47,764 bases of DNA from positions 1 through 47,764 of the forward strand of contig CAVCCL010000197.1 in assembly GCA_963600665.1 (NCBI GenBank), given 5' to 3'. Positions 29,151 to 39,004 of this stretch are shown here, piece by piece. How positions within the stretch are numbered: position 1 is the first letter of the stretch; each line of letters starts with the position of its first letter. Under the pieces are notes generated by a model that had not been told where the DNA came from, made no database searches, and saw only the letters and a program-made list of their open reading frames with translations. The DNA is from Bifidobacterium catenulatum (GTDB lineage Bacteria; Bacillota; Clostridia; Lachnospirales; Lachnospiraceae). A program made the position numbers and the translations under genes.

Positions 29151-29783
29151 ATGGGAAAAAATGAAACTAAGAATTATGTAGGCGGAAGCGGAATGGATGA
29201 TATGGAGCTGGACGAGCGTGATATACAGCTTATGGAGGAGAACAGAAAAGAGGGCAAAAAGAAGCTGTTTATAGCGCTTGGTGCGATCGTGCTTGCAGTG
29301 ATAGTCGTGGTGACATACATAGTTGTCAGAAAAAATATGACCGGAAAATCAGAGAGCGAGGATCTGATAAAGACCTACATGGAGGGTCTTGAGGAGGCTG
29401 ATCTGGACAAGGTGGAGAGTGTTATGGATCCAGACACCATAGACAGCGATTCGTCAAAGGATCTGGTCACGGTGTTCCAGACTTATAAGGAAAATAATAT
29501 AGAATATACAGTCAGCTATACCATGGGTGATGGGCATGTGGCAGAGTCCAGCGATCTGGCGGCAGTCAGCAGCACTGTATATGGAAAGACCCAGAAAGAA
29601 GCAGGTATATCAAAGGGGTATGTCATTCCGGTTACCGGAACGATAATGATGACATTCCAGGGGCAGACTTCACCGTATGATCTCGACATGGATATCATTT
29701 GTTATGAGAAAGATGGAGAGTGGTATCTCGGCGGAACAGTCATGACTACAGGAGATACGACTACAGATGATACGACAGAGTAG
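29151..29783 (+). CDS. Single-TM hypothetical protein, extracellular NTF2-like domain
   Basis: SD AGGAG; TM helix; acidic domain ending YEKDGEWYL. Confidence 0.7.
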   Translation: MGKNETKNYVGGSGMDDMELDERDIQLMEENRKEGKKKLFIALGAIVLAVIVVVTYIVVRKNMTGKSESEDLIKTYMEGLEEADLDKVESVMDPDTIDSDSSKDLVTVFQTYKENNIEYTVSYTMGDGHVAESSDLAAVSSTVYGKTQKEAGISKGYVIPVTGTIMMTFQGQTSPYDLDMDIICYEKDGEWYLGGTVMTTGDTTTDDTTE

Positions 29784-29876
29784 TCACGAGAAGGAAAACT
29801 GCTGGATACAGATATTGAATACAGAAACTGAATATATGGACATGGATATATGAACAGACGACAAATGGTGCGGATA

Positions 29877-30956
29877 TTAAATGTAATATTCGCACCATTT
29901 GCTGTCTTCTGCCAACGTACAGCTATCTCTCTTGATAAGCCTGCATTGCAGTTCGATTCTTGCGACTCCTTTGTGTCCGCCTTTGAGTCTGTCCATTAGA
30001 AGCTGTAGGGCGAAATGCCCCATGTCCGTCTTGGATATCTCCACGGTGGTCAGCATCGGAGTTGTGTATTGTGACTCTTCGATACCATCACTGGATATGA
30101 TAGAAGGAGTGTAATATCTGTTCTTACATTTGGCAAGATACTTCAGCATACCTACGGCAGTTATATCATTGGCACAGTATATCCCTGTAGGGCTTTTGTC
30201 GGATTTCATGAAGTGTTCCATGGCCTCAAAGCCTTCGACCTCGCTGAGCTTTGTATTGATGACGTAATCCGTGTCGATATCAAGCCCATGGTCGTGAAGA
30301 GTTTCAAGATATCCTCTGTAGCGGGCCTCGTTATTACAGTTTCCCACATATCCGATATTCTCATGACCAAGAGATATGAGATATTCGACCGCCGTTCTGG
30401 CTATCTGGCTTCCGTTGCATATGACTTCATCCACTTCACCGTTTGCGGAATCCCTGTTGACATACACTGTGCTGCGATAGCACTGGCTGAGTTTCTTCAG
30501 AGCTGCGCGGTTGCATTTGCCGATGACGATGAGCCCGTCGTTGTGGCCGTCCACTTCCTCGCACATCCTGCGGATCACAGAATCCACGTTCTCATACTTG
30601 CATCTTCTGTCGTCGGAGAAGATGGATCGATACCATACCTTGGACAGGATGCATCCGTTCTTGTGGATCTCGCTTTCGATGACGTGCAGCAGTTCTGTAA
30701 AGAATGGGTCCGACGTGGCAGAGTCCATTCTGGTCATGAGCACATTTATATAGTAGGTTTTCTCCACAGCCGCACCTTTTCCGTTCTTGAGCTGGCGGGC
30801 GGACTGGTTTGGTGTGTAGTTGAGCTTCATAGCTGCATTCCAGATCTTATCCCGGAGCTCAGGTGTCTGGCATTTGTATTCGGGGTTGTTGAGAACCCTC
30901 GATACGGTTGAGATGGACACTCCAACGCTCTGGGCGATGTCTTTTATGGACGCCAT
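29877..30956 (-). CDS. LacI-family transcriptional regulator
   Basis: SIKDIAQSVGVSISTVSRVLN HTH; YTPN..AR; LISLGHENIG; CANDITA; PMLTTV. Confidence 0.95.
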   Translation of the reverse strand: MASIKDIAQSVGVSISTVSRVLNNPEYKCQTPELRDKIWNAAMKLNYTPNQSARQLKNGKGAAVEKTYYINVLMTRMDSATSDPFFTELLHVIESEIHKNGCILSKVWYRSIFSDDRRCKYENVDSVIRRMCEEVDGHNDGLIVIGKCNRAALKKLSQCYRSTVYVNRDSANGEVDEVICNGSQIARTAVEYLISLGHENIGYVGNCNNEARYRGYLETLHDHGLDIDTDYVINTKLSEVEGFEAMEHFMKSDKSPTGIYCANDITAVGMLKYLAKCKNRYYTPSIISSDGIEESQYTTPMLTTVEISKTDMGHFALQLLMDRLKGGHKGVARIELQCRLIKRDSCTLAEDSKWCEYYI

Positions 30957-31198
30957 GTCGAATCCTCCTTTCTTGTATTTGATAATATGACTTTATTAAT
31001 AGATATGTACTTTATGATGATATCTGATACCGCATTGTAGTCTGGCAATGTCGTAGATAACATACAAAACATATATAAATACTATGATTAATGGGATGAT
31101 AGCGCAGCTTTACCTGTGTGTCAATACAAATGTAGGTACATGTATCAATCAGTGTGTTAAATCAGATATAAACACACCGATCAGCCGATGTGACACAT

Positions 31199-32320
31199 TT
31201 ATATGACCACACTCTCGATATGGTTCAGCGCTTCATTCACCTCTATACGGACATTGTCTGACAGATCAGCTTCCGGGCTGTCTGAGACAGGAGAGTCATC
31301 CACCAGATACAGCTTGTGCACGAATACATTCACGGTCTCACCCTCCCTTATAAGCTCCTGTCCGAGCTGTCTGTGGGCTGTTATGTGGGTTCCGTTGATG
31401 CCTATGGTAAGCTCCAGGGAGCTGCCTCTGAATGCGACGCGCTCCACGACACCCGTTTCAGTGGACACCGGATATGGAAGCAGTTCACCCTGTTTGTACA
31501 CGGTGACGAATTCCGGGCGGAGTATGGCACGGCTGCCGGACTGAACCTCATGGAAGCCCTTGAAGCTTGTATAGTCGTCGATGACGGTCGGCTGTCCAAG
31601 GAACTGTGCCACAAATGCCGTGTGCGGATTGCTGTAGATGTCCACAGGTGAGCCTATCTGTTCTATGCGCCCGTGGTTGGTTATGATGATCTCGTCCGCC
31701 ACCTCGATGGCCTCATCCTGATCGTGGGTCACGAATATACTGGTGATACCTACCTGGCTTATGAGCTCCCTGAGCCATGCGCGGAGCTCCTTTCTGACCT
31801 TTGCATCTATTGCGGCAAATGGCTCATCGAGAAGCAGTAGCTGTGGCTGGGTGGCAAGAGCCCTGGCAAATGCGACCCTCTGACGCTGGCCTCCCGATAG
31901 CTGCCTTGGATATCGCTTCTCAAGGCCTTTCAGTCCAACCAGTTCTATCAGCTCTGTCACTCTGTCGCGGATCTCTGACTTTGGGTATTTCTGTATCTTC
32001 ATTCCAAATGCGATGTTGTCATACACTGTCTTGTATCTGAACAGCGCGTAGTTCTGGAATACGAAGCCTATCTCTCTCTTGCTGGCCGGAATATCATTTA
32101 TCCTTTTTCCATCTATGTATATGTCCCCTGAGTCCGCGGTCTCAAGTCCCGCAAGTATGCGGAGAATCGTGGTCTTGCCGCTTCCGCTTGGCCCAAGAAG
32201 TCCTATGAGCTTTCCTTTCTCGATGGAGAAGCTGACATCGTCGGATGCCCTGTAATCTCCAAATGTCTTATTGATGTTTCTGAGCTCTACGTATGAATGT
32301 GTATCTGCAGGTGTATTCAT
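31199..32320 (-). CDS. cysA: Sulfate ABC transporter ATP-binding protein
   Basis: GPSGSGKT, FQNYALF, LSGGQRQR and LLLDEPF; operon context. Confidence 0.9.
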   Translation of the reverse strand: MNTPADTHSYVELRNINKTFGDYRASDDVSFSIEKGKLIGLLGPSGSGKTTILRILAGLETADSGDIYIDGKRINDIPASKREIGFVFQNYALFRYKTVYDNIAFGMKIQKYPKSEIRDRVTELIELVGLKGLEKRYPRQLSGGQRQRVAFARALATQPQLLLLDEPFAAIDAKVRKELRAWLRELISQVGITSIFVTHDQDEAIEVADEIIITNHGRIEQIGSPVDIYSNPHTAFVAQFLGQPTVIDDYTSFKGFHEVQSGSRAILRPEFVTVYKQGELLPYPVSTETGVVERVAFRGSSLELTIGINGTHITAHRQLGQELIREGETVNVFVHKLYLVDDSPVSDSPEADLSDNVRIEVNEALNHIESVVI

Positions 32321-32321
32321 A

Positions 32322-33146
32322 TCATATACCTCCCTCTTTATTTCCTCTGTGTTCAAGTATATTTCTAAGTATCAGTATGATGACCGCCATGATGACCAGT
32401 ATGGACGACATGGCGAAGGCTCCTGTGAAGTCAAATGCCTGGTACAGCAGCTCGATATAGAGCGGCATGGTGTTGGTGAGTCCTCTGAGATGTCCCGAGA
32501 GAACTGACACAGCTCCGAATTCGCCCATGGCCCTCGCGGAGCACAGCACTATTCCGTACAGAAGAGCCCAGCGGATGTGGGGCAGTGTGATCTGTGAGAA
32601 TATCTGGAATCCATTTGCACCCATGAGGGCTGCGGCTTCCTCCTCATCGTTGCCCGCCGCTGTGAGAACCGGTATGACCTCCCTTGATATGAAAGGAAAT
32701 GTTACAAATATAGTAGCCAGGACGATTCCCGGAACCGCAAATATGATCTGTATCCCGAGCTTTTCAAGGTATGGATACAGGAAGCTCTGCCTGCCAAATG
32801 TAAGTACGAATATAAGGCCTGCGATGATCGGGGATATGGTCAGCGGCAGATCTATGAGCGTCGATATGATCTTCTTGCCCCGGAAGGTGAATTTGGTGAT
32901 GAGCCATGCGGCATAAAGTCCGAAAATTGTGTTGACCACCACCGTTATGAGCACTACCTTCAGGGTGAGAAGTATGGACTTGACTGCGTAGGTGTCAGAT
33001 ATGGCGGCGACATATTCATTCCATCCATCCCGGAGTGCCGTCACTATGACATATACCAGTGGGAGCACAAGTGCTACGATGAGGAATATGGCGCACAGAC
33101 CGATGAGGAGCCATTTGATCATGCCACGGTCGTTTCTTATGTTCAT
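32322..33146 (-). CDS. cysW: Sulfate ABC transporter permease
   Basis: DLPLTISPIIAG, TFPFISREVIP, EEEAA and ARAMGEFGAV. Confidence 0.92.
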   Translation of the reverse strand: MNIRNDRGMIKWLLIGLCAIFLIVALVLPLVYVIVTALRDGWNEYVAAISDTYAVKSILLTLKVVLITVVVNTIFGLYAAWLITKFTFRGKKIISTLIDLPLTISPIIAGLIFVLTFGRQSFLYPYLEKLGIQIIFAVPGIVLATIFVTFPFISREVIPVLTAAGNDEEEAAALMGANGFQIFSQITLPHIRWALLYGIVLCSARAMGEFGAVSVLSGHLRGLTNTMPLYIELLYQAFDFTGAFAMSSILVIMAVIILILRNILEHRGNKEGGI

Positions 33147-33160
33147 GTTGTTACCTCCCT

Positions 33161-34015
33161 TCAGTCTATGCCGCTGACTATTCTTGATGTGCGGCTCTGT
33201 ATAAATGCGTTGACAAGCAGTATGACAAATGCTATCGCAAGCATCACAAGCGCTATCGAGGTTGCACTTGCGTAGTCGTATTCCTGCAGCTCTGACATGA
33301 TGAGCAGAGGGGTTATCTCAGTCTCATATGGAGTGTTGCCCGCTATGAACACGACGCTTCCGTATTCACCGAGACTTCGGGCAAATGCCATGGTGAAGCC
33401 TGCGATCAGCGATGGAAGTATCTCTGGCAGGATGACACGGAAGAATATCTGGATGCGGGAAGCTCCGAACATGGCGGCGGCTTCCTCGTACTCCCTGTCG
33501 ACCTTTTCGAGAACCGGCTGGACGCTTCTCACGACGAATGGAATTCCTATGAACACCAAAGCTATCGTTATACCTATCCGTGTATAAGCAATGTCTATAC
33601 CAAATCTGGCAAATATCCTGCCTACCCAGCCGTTCTGTACTGTGAGATGGGTGAGGGCTATGCCTGCAACCGCTGTGGGAAGGGCGAATGGCAGCTCTAT
33701 GATGCCGTCCATGATCCTCTTTCCCGGGAATTTGTATCTGACCAGAACCCATGCAAGGATGAGACCCATCACCGCATTTATCAGTGATGCGATAAATGCG
33801 GTTGACAGGCTCACGGCATAGCTTGACAGAACTCTCGGTCTGGTGATGGTCTGCCAGAATTCTGATGGTGACAGTCTGGCTGAGAATACCACCAGAGAGC
33901 ACAGGGGTATCACCACTATGATTCCGAGGATTGCCATTACTATTCCAAATGACAAACCGAATCCCGGTATGATGCTTTTGCTTTTCTTTTTTGCGTGTGT
34001 GTGCTGATGTGTCAT
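33161..34015 (-). CDS. cysT: Sulfate ABC transporter permease
   Basis: LPFALPTAVAG, PFVVRSVQPV and ARSLGEYGSVVFIAGN. Confidence 0.93.
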   Translation of the reverse strand: MTHQHTHAKKKSKSIIPGFGLSFGIVMAILGIIVVIPLCSLVVFSARLSPSEFWQTITRPRVLSSYAVSLSTAFIASLINAVMGLILAWVLVRYKFPGKRIMDGIIELPFALPTAVAGIALTHLTVQNGWVGRIFARFGIDIAYTRIGITIALVFIGIPFVVRSVQPVLEKVDREYEEAAAMFGASRIQIFFRVILPEILPSLIAGFTMAFARSLGEYGSVVFIAGNTPYETEITPLLIMSELQEYDYASATSIALVMLAIAFVILLVNAFIQSRTSRIVSGID

Positions 34016-34076
34016 GTCTCAGTCATTCCTTTCCTGTATGTATTATCTGGATTTTCCGCCAGACTGCCGTATCAAA

Positions 34077-35168
34077 TTAATTCTTTTCCTCGTATATGGA
34101 GTCGAAGAGGCCTCCGTCTGCGAAATGCTTTTTGCTGGCTTCTGTCCAGCCTCCGAAGTGTGATATGTCTGTGAGATCAACATTTGTTATGATCCATTTG
34201 CCGTCCTGTGGCAGCTCTGATATGGTGTTGCTCTGTCCCTGATATTCGAACTGCTTCAGGATATCCTGATCTGAAGGCCTGTAGTACCACTCTGCCTCAA
34301 GCTTCTGTGCTTCGTCGGAATACAGGTAGTTCAGATATTCGGTTGCGACGTCCCTTGTGCCTCTCTTGTCAACCACCTCGTCGACCACTGCGACTGTAGG
34401 CTGGCACAGTATAGATACGGAAGGAACCACGATCTCGTACTCACCCGGATGCTCATCCAGTGAGAGGAACGCCTCGTTCTCCCATGCGAGAAGCACATCG
34501 CCCTGACCATTCTCCACAAATGATGTGGTGGCACCGCGGGCACCTGAGTCAAGCACCAGTACGTGTTCATAAAGTGTTTTCATATCAGCCAGAATGTCCT
34601 TCTCTGACTCGCCTTTGCTCTCAAAGTAGTACCATGCTGCAAGGTAGTTCCATCTTGCGCCGCCGGATGTCTTTGGATTAGGGGTGATGACTCCGACATC
34701 GTCACGGAGCAGATCGTCCCAGTCCTGAATGTTCTTCGGATTGTCCTTTCTAACAAGGAATACGATGGTTGATGTGTAAGGTGAGCTGTCCAGTGGGAAT
34801 TCACTTGTGTAGCCCTCATCGATGAGTCCTGCGTCCTTGACCGCGTCCACGTCGCCCTCAAGTGCCAGTGTCACCACATCGGCCTGAAGTCCATTTGCCA
34901 CCTCAAGCGCCTGCTTTCCTGAACCACCGTGTGACTGGACCACTGATACGTCCTGTCCCTTTTCTTCTTTCCAGTGCTTTGCAAATAAATCGTTGTACGC
35001 TGCGTACAGCTCTCTGGTTGGGTCGTAGGATACATTCGTTATCTCAATAGCGCCCGCTGAGTCAGATGAGCTGCCGGTTGAACTTGACGCTGCGGTGGAG
35101 CCGCATCCAGACAGAACTCCAATTCCAAGTGCTGTGACTGCGAGTAATGTTGCCAATTGTTTCTTCAT
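34077..35168 (-). CDS. cysP: Sulfate ABC transporter substrate-binding lipoprotein
   Basis: Lipobox LSGC; NVSYDPTRELY, QSHGGSGKQ, TPNPKTSGGARW and WENEA. Confidence 0.93.
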   Translation of the reverse strand: MKKQLATLLAVTALGIGVLSGCGSTAASSSTGSSSDSAGAIEITNVSYDPTRELYAAYNDLFAKHWKEEKGQDVSVVQSHGGSGKQALEVANGLQADVVTLALEGDVDAVKDAGLIDEGYTSEFPLDSSPYTSTIVFLVRKDNPKNIQDWDDLLRDDVGVITPNPKTSGGARWNYLAAWYYFESKGESEKDILADMKTLYEHVLVLDSGARGATTSFVENGQGDVLLAWENEAFLSLDEHPGEYEIVVPSVSILCQPTVAVVDEVVDKRGTRDVATEYLNYLYSDEAQKLEAEWYYRPSDQDILKQFEYQGQSNTISELPQDGKWIITNVDLTDISHFGGWTEASKKHFADGGLFDSIYEEKN

Positions 35169-35221
35169 AATCTTCTTCCTCTCTTTCTTTAATTTCCCGT
35201 TTTCCTATCGGGTATGTATGC

Positions 35222-35250
35222 AATATATACTTGTAAATGCTGGAAATCAA
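35222..35250 (-). promoter_or_regulatory. Putative sigma-A promoter of sulfate operon
   Basis: Minus strand TTGATT-N17-TATATT. Confidence 0.5.
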
Positions 35251-35260
35251 AAGAAAAGAG

Positions 35261-35377
35261 TGAAAACGTTGTCATACGCACAACATGTGCATAAAAATGA
35301 AACTGTATATGGCTGGATTGAGTGTGGGATGTGGGCGAAAACAGATGAAAACGTTATTTTAGGTGAAAACGTTGTCA
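35261..35377. promoter_or_regulatory. cre/LacI-like operator sites
   Basis: TGAAAACGTTGTCA at 35261-74 and 35364-77; partial TGAAAACGTTATTT at 35346-59. Confidence 0.55.
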
Positions 35378-35391
35378 CATGGAAAAACATA

Positions 35392-35425
35392 GAAAAACAG
35401 CACGTCAGGCTGTCCTGACGTGCTG
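35392..35425 (-). terminator. Rho-independent terminator
   Basis: CAGCACGTCAGG / CCTGACGTGCTG with T-run on the minus strand. Confidence 0.8.
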
Positions 35426-35445
35426 CCTTATTGAACTTTTCAGTA

Positions 35446-37647
35446 TTATTTCTTCTTCATACCTGAAATTATGATTATCACAAACGAGATGAGAATGGTC
35501 GCAAGCACTGTTATAAGGATTATGAGCTGAAGGTTATGTACCTTGCTCTTACTCTTATCAGTGGAAGAGTAGCTGTCCACGGTGAGAGTGCTCTTTTCTG
35601 TTGTGACCTCAGTGGTCGTCTCGGTTGTGGTACGCTCTATCGTGGATATCTCAGTTGTGGTCGCCTCGGTCGTCACAGGGGTAAATGTGTTTCTATACTC
35701 TGTTGTGACCTCGGTCGTACTTGCCGTGGTCGCCTCGGTTGTGGCTCTGGTAGTTGTCTGTGTGGTCGGGGAAGTCTCCTTCTTGGACACTGTAAATGTT
35801 GTCACAGCGTCTCCGGTCTTGGATCTGATGGTTATGGTGTGGCTTCCGACCGAGAGGGATTCAAGATAGCTCGTCTTGAGCTCGATTATGATGCTTCCCT
35901 CTTTCTTGTTGTAATATGAAGGGTCAAGTTCCTTGTCATCTATGAGTACACAGACAAAGTCAGCGTACTCAGCGTTCGATCTGAACTTGACAGTGTTCTT
36001 GCTGGCCTTGCTCCATTTGCTGCCCTTGCCGCCGATGATCTCAGGTGCTGCCTTGTCGATGACTGTGTCAGCCTTGCTTATCTCCTTTGTACAGCCCTTG
36101 TTGCTGAAATATTTCTTGCAGGCGGAGCAGTACCAGTATTCTATATTGCCCTTGCTTGATGTGGTTGCTGCTACATAATCAGTCTTCTTAAGGTCTGTGT
36201 GGTTCGTTGTGCTGAGTTCGCCGTAGCTCTTGCCGCACACAGAGCACACTGCCTTCTTCTGGCAGGTTGCGGTTCCGCCGGAGCAGTCCTGGATGACCTT
36301 GTATCCACAGCCCTTGTTCTTGCACTTGCGGGAGTGGGTCTTGCCGTTACCATCACTTGACCAGTTGCCGAGGTCGTGGCTGCTCTTGCCCTCTACAACG
36401 ATCTCACCGCAGTAGCGGCACTTCTGAGGTGTCGTGCAGTCGCCATCGTCGGCTTCTGCTGTGTGTTTCTTATTTACAGTTACCGTCAATTTGGTTTCAT
36501 TTCCTGCCTTGTCGGATACGATGATGGTCTGCTCACTGTCGGTGGCTTCCAGAGCCAGTGAGTGATCGTCGTCAAGGGATTTCTCCTCTCCGTTCACTGT
36601 GACCTTCGCCAGATGGGATTCCTTCACGGTCATCACGGCTGACAGGCAGTAGGTCTCTCCGTCGGCGATTCCCGTGACCTTTGGCGCGTGTGTGTCGATG
36701 ATGAAACCATCTGTGGATAAGTATGTTGTTTTGCCGTCCTCTGACGAAAGCTTTGCGTATACGACATATTTGCCCTCGTCCTTTATGGAAAATGCTTTCT
36801 TATACTCGGTAAATGTTGCGGCACCCAGATCGTCCGATGACAGAGCTGAGTCGCTTATCAGGTAGCCGACTGTGATGGATGGGTCGGAGTTGTTGTCACA
36901 GGTGATGGTAACCTTCTGGGCCTTGTTGTAAAACTGCTCAAATGATGATACATCCTGGAGACCGTTCCAGCTCTTATCGCCCATGCTGATGGTGCCTGTA
37001 GGAGCAGAGTCTGATTTCCATGTCGCATAAAATACCAGGTTTCTCTTAGCCGATGAGTCGTCGGTATCGGAATACTCATATCCGTTATCGGCCGCCTTCT
37101 CAAAGGAAGAGGTGTATATGATGTTCACGGTCTTGCCTGATCCGTCAGACTTCGTGTTCCAGCCCTTGAACTCATAGCCCTCACGGGTCGGTGCGTAGTC
37201 GTTCAGTGCCACGCCATATCCTGATCCTGCTACATCAAAGTCATATGTTCCGCTGTCCGCATCCCCGAGCTTACCGCCATTTGCATTCAGTGTGAAGGTG
37301 AGCCCTGAACCGGAAAAACTGTCCTTGGTGTACATCGCTGTCAGCTTTATACGGTTTGTAGACTGGAAGTATGATGTGTCAATGCTGGTGACCTTTGTCT
37401 TGTCGTTGTACCATCCGGTGAATGTAAAGCCGTCTTTCTCCGGCTTGTACTTTGACAGGTCAACAGTCGTAAATTCTGCTGACGGGCTGCTTATCACAGT
37501 GGAAGTCTCCCCCGATAACTGTCCTCCTGCTGCATCCAGCTCCAGATAGTATGTGTCTGGATCGTCGGTATCTTCTGCAAATGCGGTGAAGCAGGTCATA
37601 CAGAACATGGCCGCGAAAACCAGTAAAAATCTAAGTATCTTTTTCAT
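35446..37647 (-). CDS. Cell-surface protein with InlB B-type repeats, Cys-rich region, Thr-rich stalk and C-terminal membrane anchor
   Basis: Signal peptide; LDAAGG...GFTFTGWY and NANGG...PTREGYEFKGWNTKSDGSG repeats; ATC..KAVCSVC; TTE repeats; terminal TM plus KKK. Confidence 0.85.
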   Translation of the reverse strand: MKKILRFLLVFAAMFCMTCFTAFAEDTDDPDTYYLELDAAGGQLSGETSTVISSPSAEFTTVDLSKYKPEKDGFTFTGWYNDKTKVTSIDTSYFQSTNRIKLTAMYTKDSFSGSGLTFTLNANGGKLGDADSGTYDFDVAGSGYGVALNDYAPTREGYEFKGWNTKSDGSGKTVNIIYTSSFEKAADNGYEYSDTDDSSAKRNLVFYATWKSDSAPTGTISMGDKSWNGLQDVSSFEQFYNKAQKVTITCDNNSDPSITVGYLISDSALSSDDLGAATFTEYKKAFSIKDEGKYVVYAKLSSEDGKTTYLSTDGFIIDTHAPKVTGIADGETYCLSAVMTVKESHLAKVTVNGEEKSLDDDHSLALEATDSEQTIIVSDKAGNETKLTVTVNKKHTAEADDGDCTTPQKCRYCGEIVVEGKSSHDLGNWSSDGNGKTHSRKCKNKGCGYKVIQDCSGGTATCQKKAVCSVCGKSYGELSTTNHTDLKKTDYVAATTSSKGNIEYWYCSACKKYFSNKGCTKEISKADTVIDKAAPEIIGGKGSKWSKASKNTVKFRSNAEYADFVCVLIDDKELDPSYYNKKEGSIIIELKTSYLESLSVGSHTITIRSKTGDAVTTFTVSKKETSPTTQTTTRATTEATTASTTEVTTEYRNTFTPVTTEATTTEISTIERTTTETTTEVTTEKSTLTVDSYSSTDKSKSKVHNLQLIILITVLATILISFVIIIISGMKKK

Positions 37648-37737
37648 AGAATCCCTCCTTACATACGGTATTATAATAATTTTATTATACCGGGGGGAGA
37701 AAAACAACGAGACAGGGAAAAAATTAATAATATGAAA

Positions 37738-37763
37738 GAACGGCCTCCGTCAGGAGACCGTTC
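37738..37763 (-). terminator. Putative terminator
   Basis: GAACGGCCTCC / GGAGACCGTTC. Confidence 0.6.
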
Positions 37764-37781
37764 CATAGAAAATGTCATGTT

Positions 37782-38786
37782 TTATGCCATTGTGAATATT
37801 CTTTCTTTTACTGTCTTGGACTCGCCTGGAGCAAGCTCTGTGTAGCCTGTGATCTCCGGTGCTCCTGAGAGATTTGGAGCGTCAATATTCCAACTCATTG
37901 GCTCAGGACAGAAGTAACCCTTGTCGCCGTGATCGTTCCACATGATCCAGAACTTCATGGTGTCGTCAACCTCGTAGCAGACCTTCTTGCCTGTGGCAAC
38001 ATCCGTTGCGTATACTCCGTAGAAAGGCTTGCCGTCCAGTTCGTTCATCTCCGCTGTGTAGAGATCGTTGTCAATGTCCTTCAGAACAGGAACCATGGTT
38101 CCGTTCTTGTACTGGAGATCGTAGTCTGTTATAGGAAGGTTCTTCTCTGTAGGGATAGCGTGCTCATCAAGCTCCCATTTGTCTCCAACAGGTACACAGA
38201 GACGTACATCCTCGCCCTTTCCTGTGCTTGTGAAAGGCCCCTTGAATGCAACGTGGTTACATACGCCGTATGGCATCTGCTTGTCGGAGAGGTTGGTGAG
38301 TGTGAACTCGTAGTGCATACCGTCAGGTGCAAGAGTGAATGTGAAGTCTGCTCTGAAGCTCACAGGGTATGTAGCGAAAAACTCATCCTTCTCATCATAT
38401 ACATATGAAGTCTTGCCGATGGCCTTGTCTCCATCCACTGACACGCTCTCTATGCTGTGGTTTCTGAGATGAAGGAAACCATGGAGATGGTTGCCGAGAG
38501 GATCATTGCATGGAAAATGATACATGGCATCGGAGGTCTTCAAGTTGCCGTGTGACAGTCTGTTAGGGAGATACAGGGTAGGCATTCCGTAGATCTCTGC
38601 TGCTGCTTTGAGCTGTGCAGGAGTCAGGGAAGGATCGTTCCTGAATATATCGATATCCAGAGCTGTGTTCTCCATCTTCATAATGTTGCTTCCGTTAAAT
38701 GGTGCGATCAGTGCACGGTAATCGCCTGATATAAGTTCAATACAAGTCTCGCCCTTGTAGTCTATTGTACGTGCTGTAGTGTTCAT
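37782..38786 (-). CDS. Aldose 1-epimerase family protein
   Basis: LPNRL, NHLHGF, NHVAF and FCPEP motifs; SD GAGGAG before ATG 38786. Confidence 0.88.
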   Translation of the reverse strand: MNTTARTIDYKGETCIELISGDYRALIAPFNGSNIMKMENTALDIDIFRNDPSLTPAQLKAAAEIYGMPTLYLPNRLSHGNLKTSDAMYHFPCNDPLGNHLHGFLHLRNHSIESVSVDGDKAIGKTSYVYDEKDEFFATYPVSFRADFTFTLAPDGMHYEFTLTNLSDKQMPYGVCNHVAFKGPFTSTGKGEDVRLCVPVGDKWELDEHAIPTEKNLPITDYDLQYKNGTMVPVLKDIDNDLYTAEMNELDGKPFYGVYATDVATGKKVCYEVDDTMKFWIMWNDHGDKGYFCPEPMSWNIDAPNLSGAPEITGYTELAPGESKTVKERIFTMA

Positions 38787-38922
38787 CGTGTTCTCCTCTT
38801 CTATGAATATGTTGTGTTTAAGTTGTATGCTGAAAGCCACAAAAACAGTGAACTTTCCTATGTAAAATAGTAACACGGAAAAAATTGTATGGCAACAATG
38901 AGGTTCACAAAACGCGGCGTTC

Positions 38923-38951
38923 TTGATTATTTTATCATTAATTGCTATACT
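38923..38951 (+). promoter_or_regulatory. Putative sigma-A promoter
   Basis: TTGATT-N17-TATACT with extended TG. Confidence 0.6.
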
Positions 38952-39004
38952 ACCATAGGATATTTTGCGGAAAACATGAAAGTTAGTTAATTCGGAGGTC
39001 GAAG

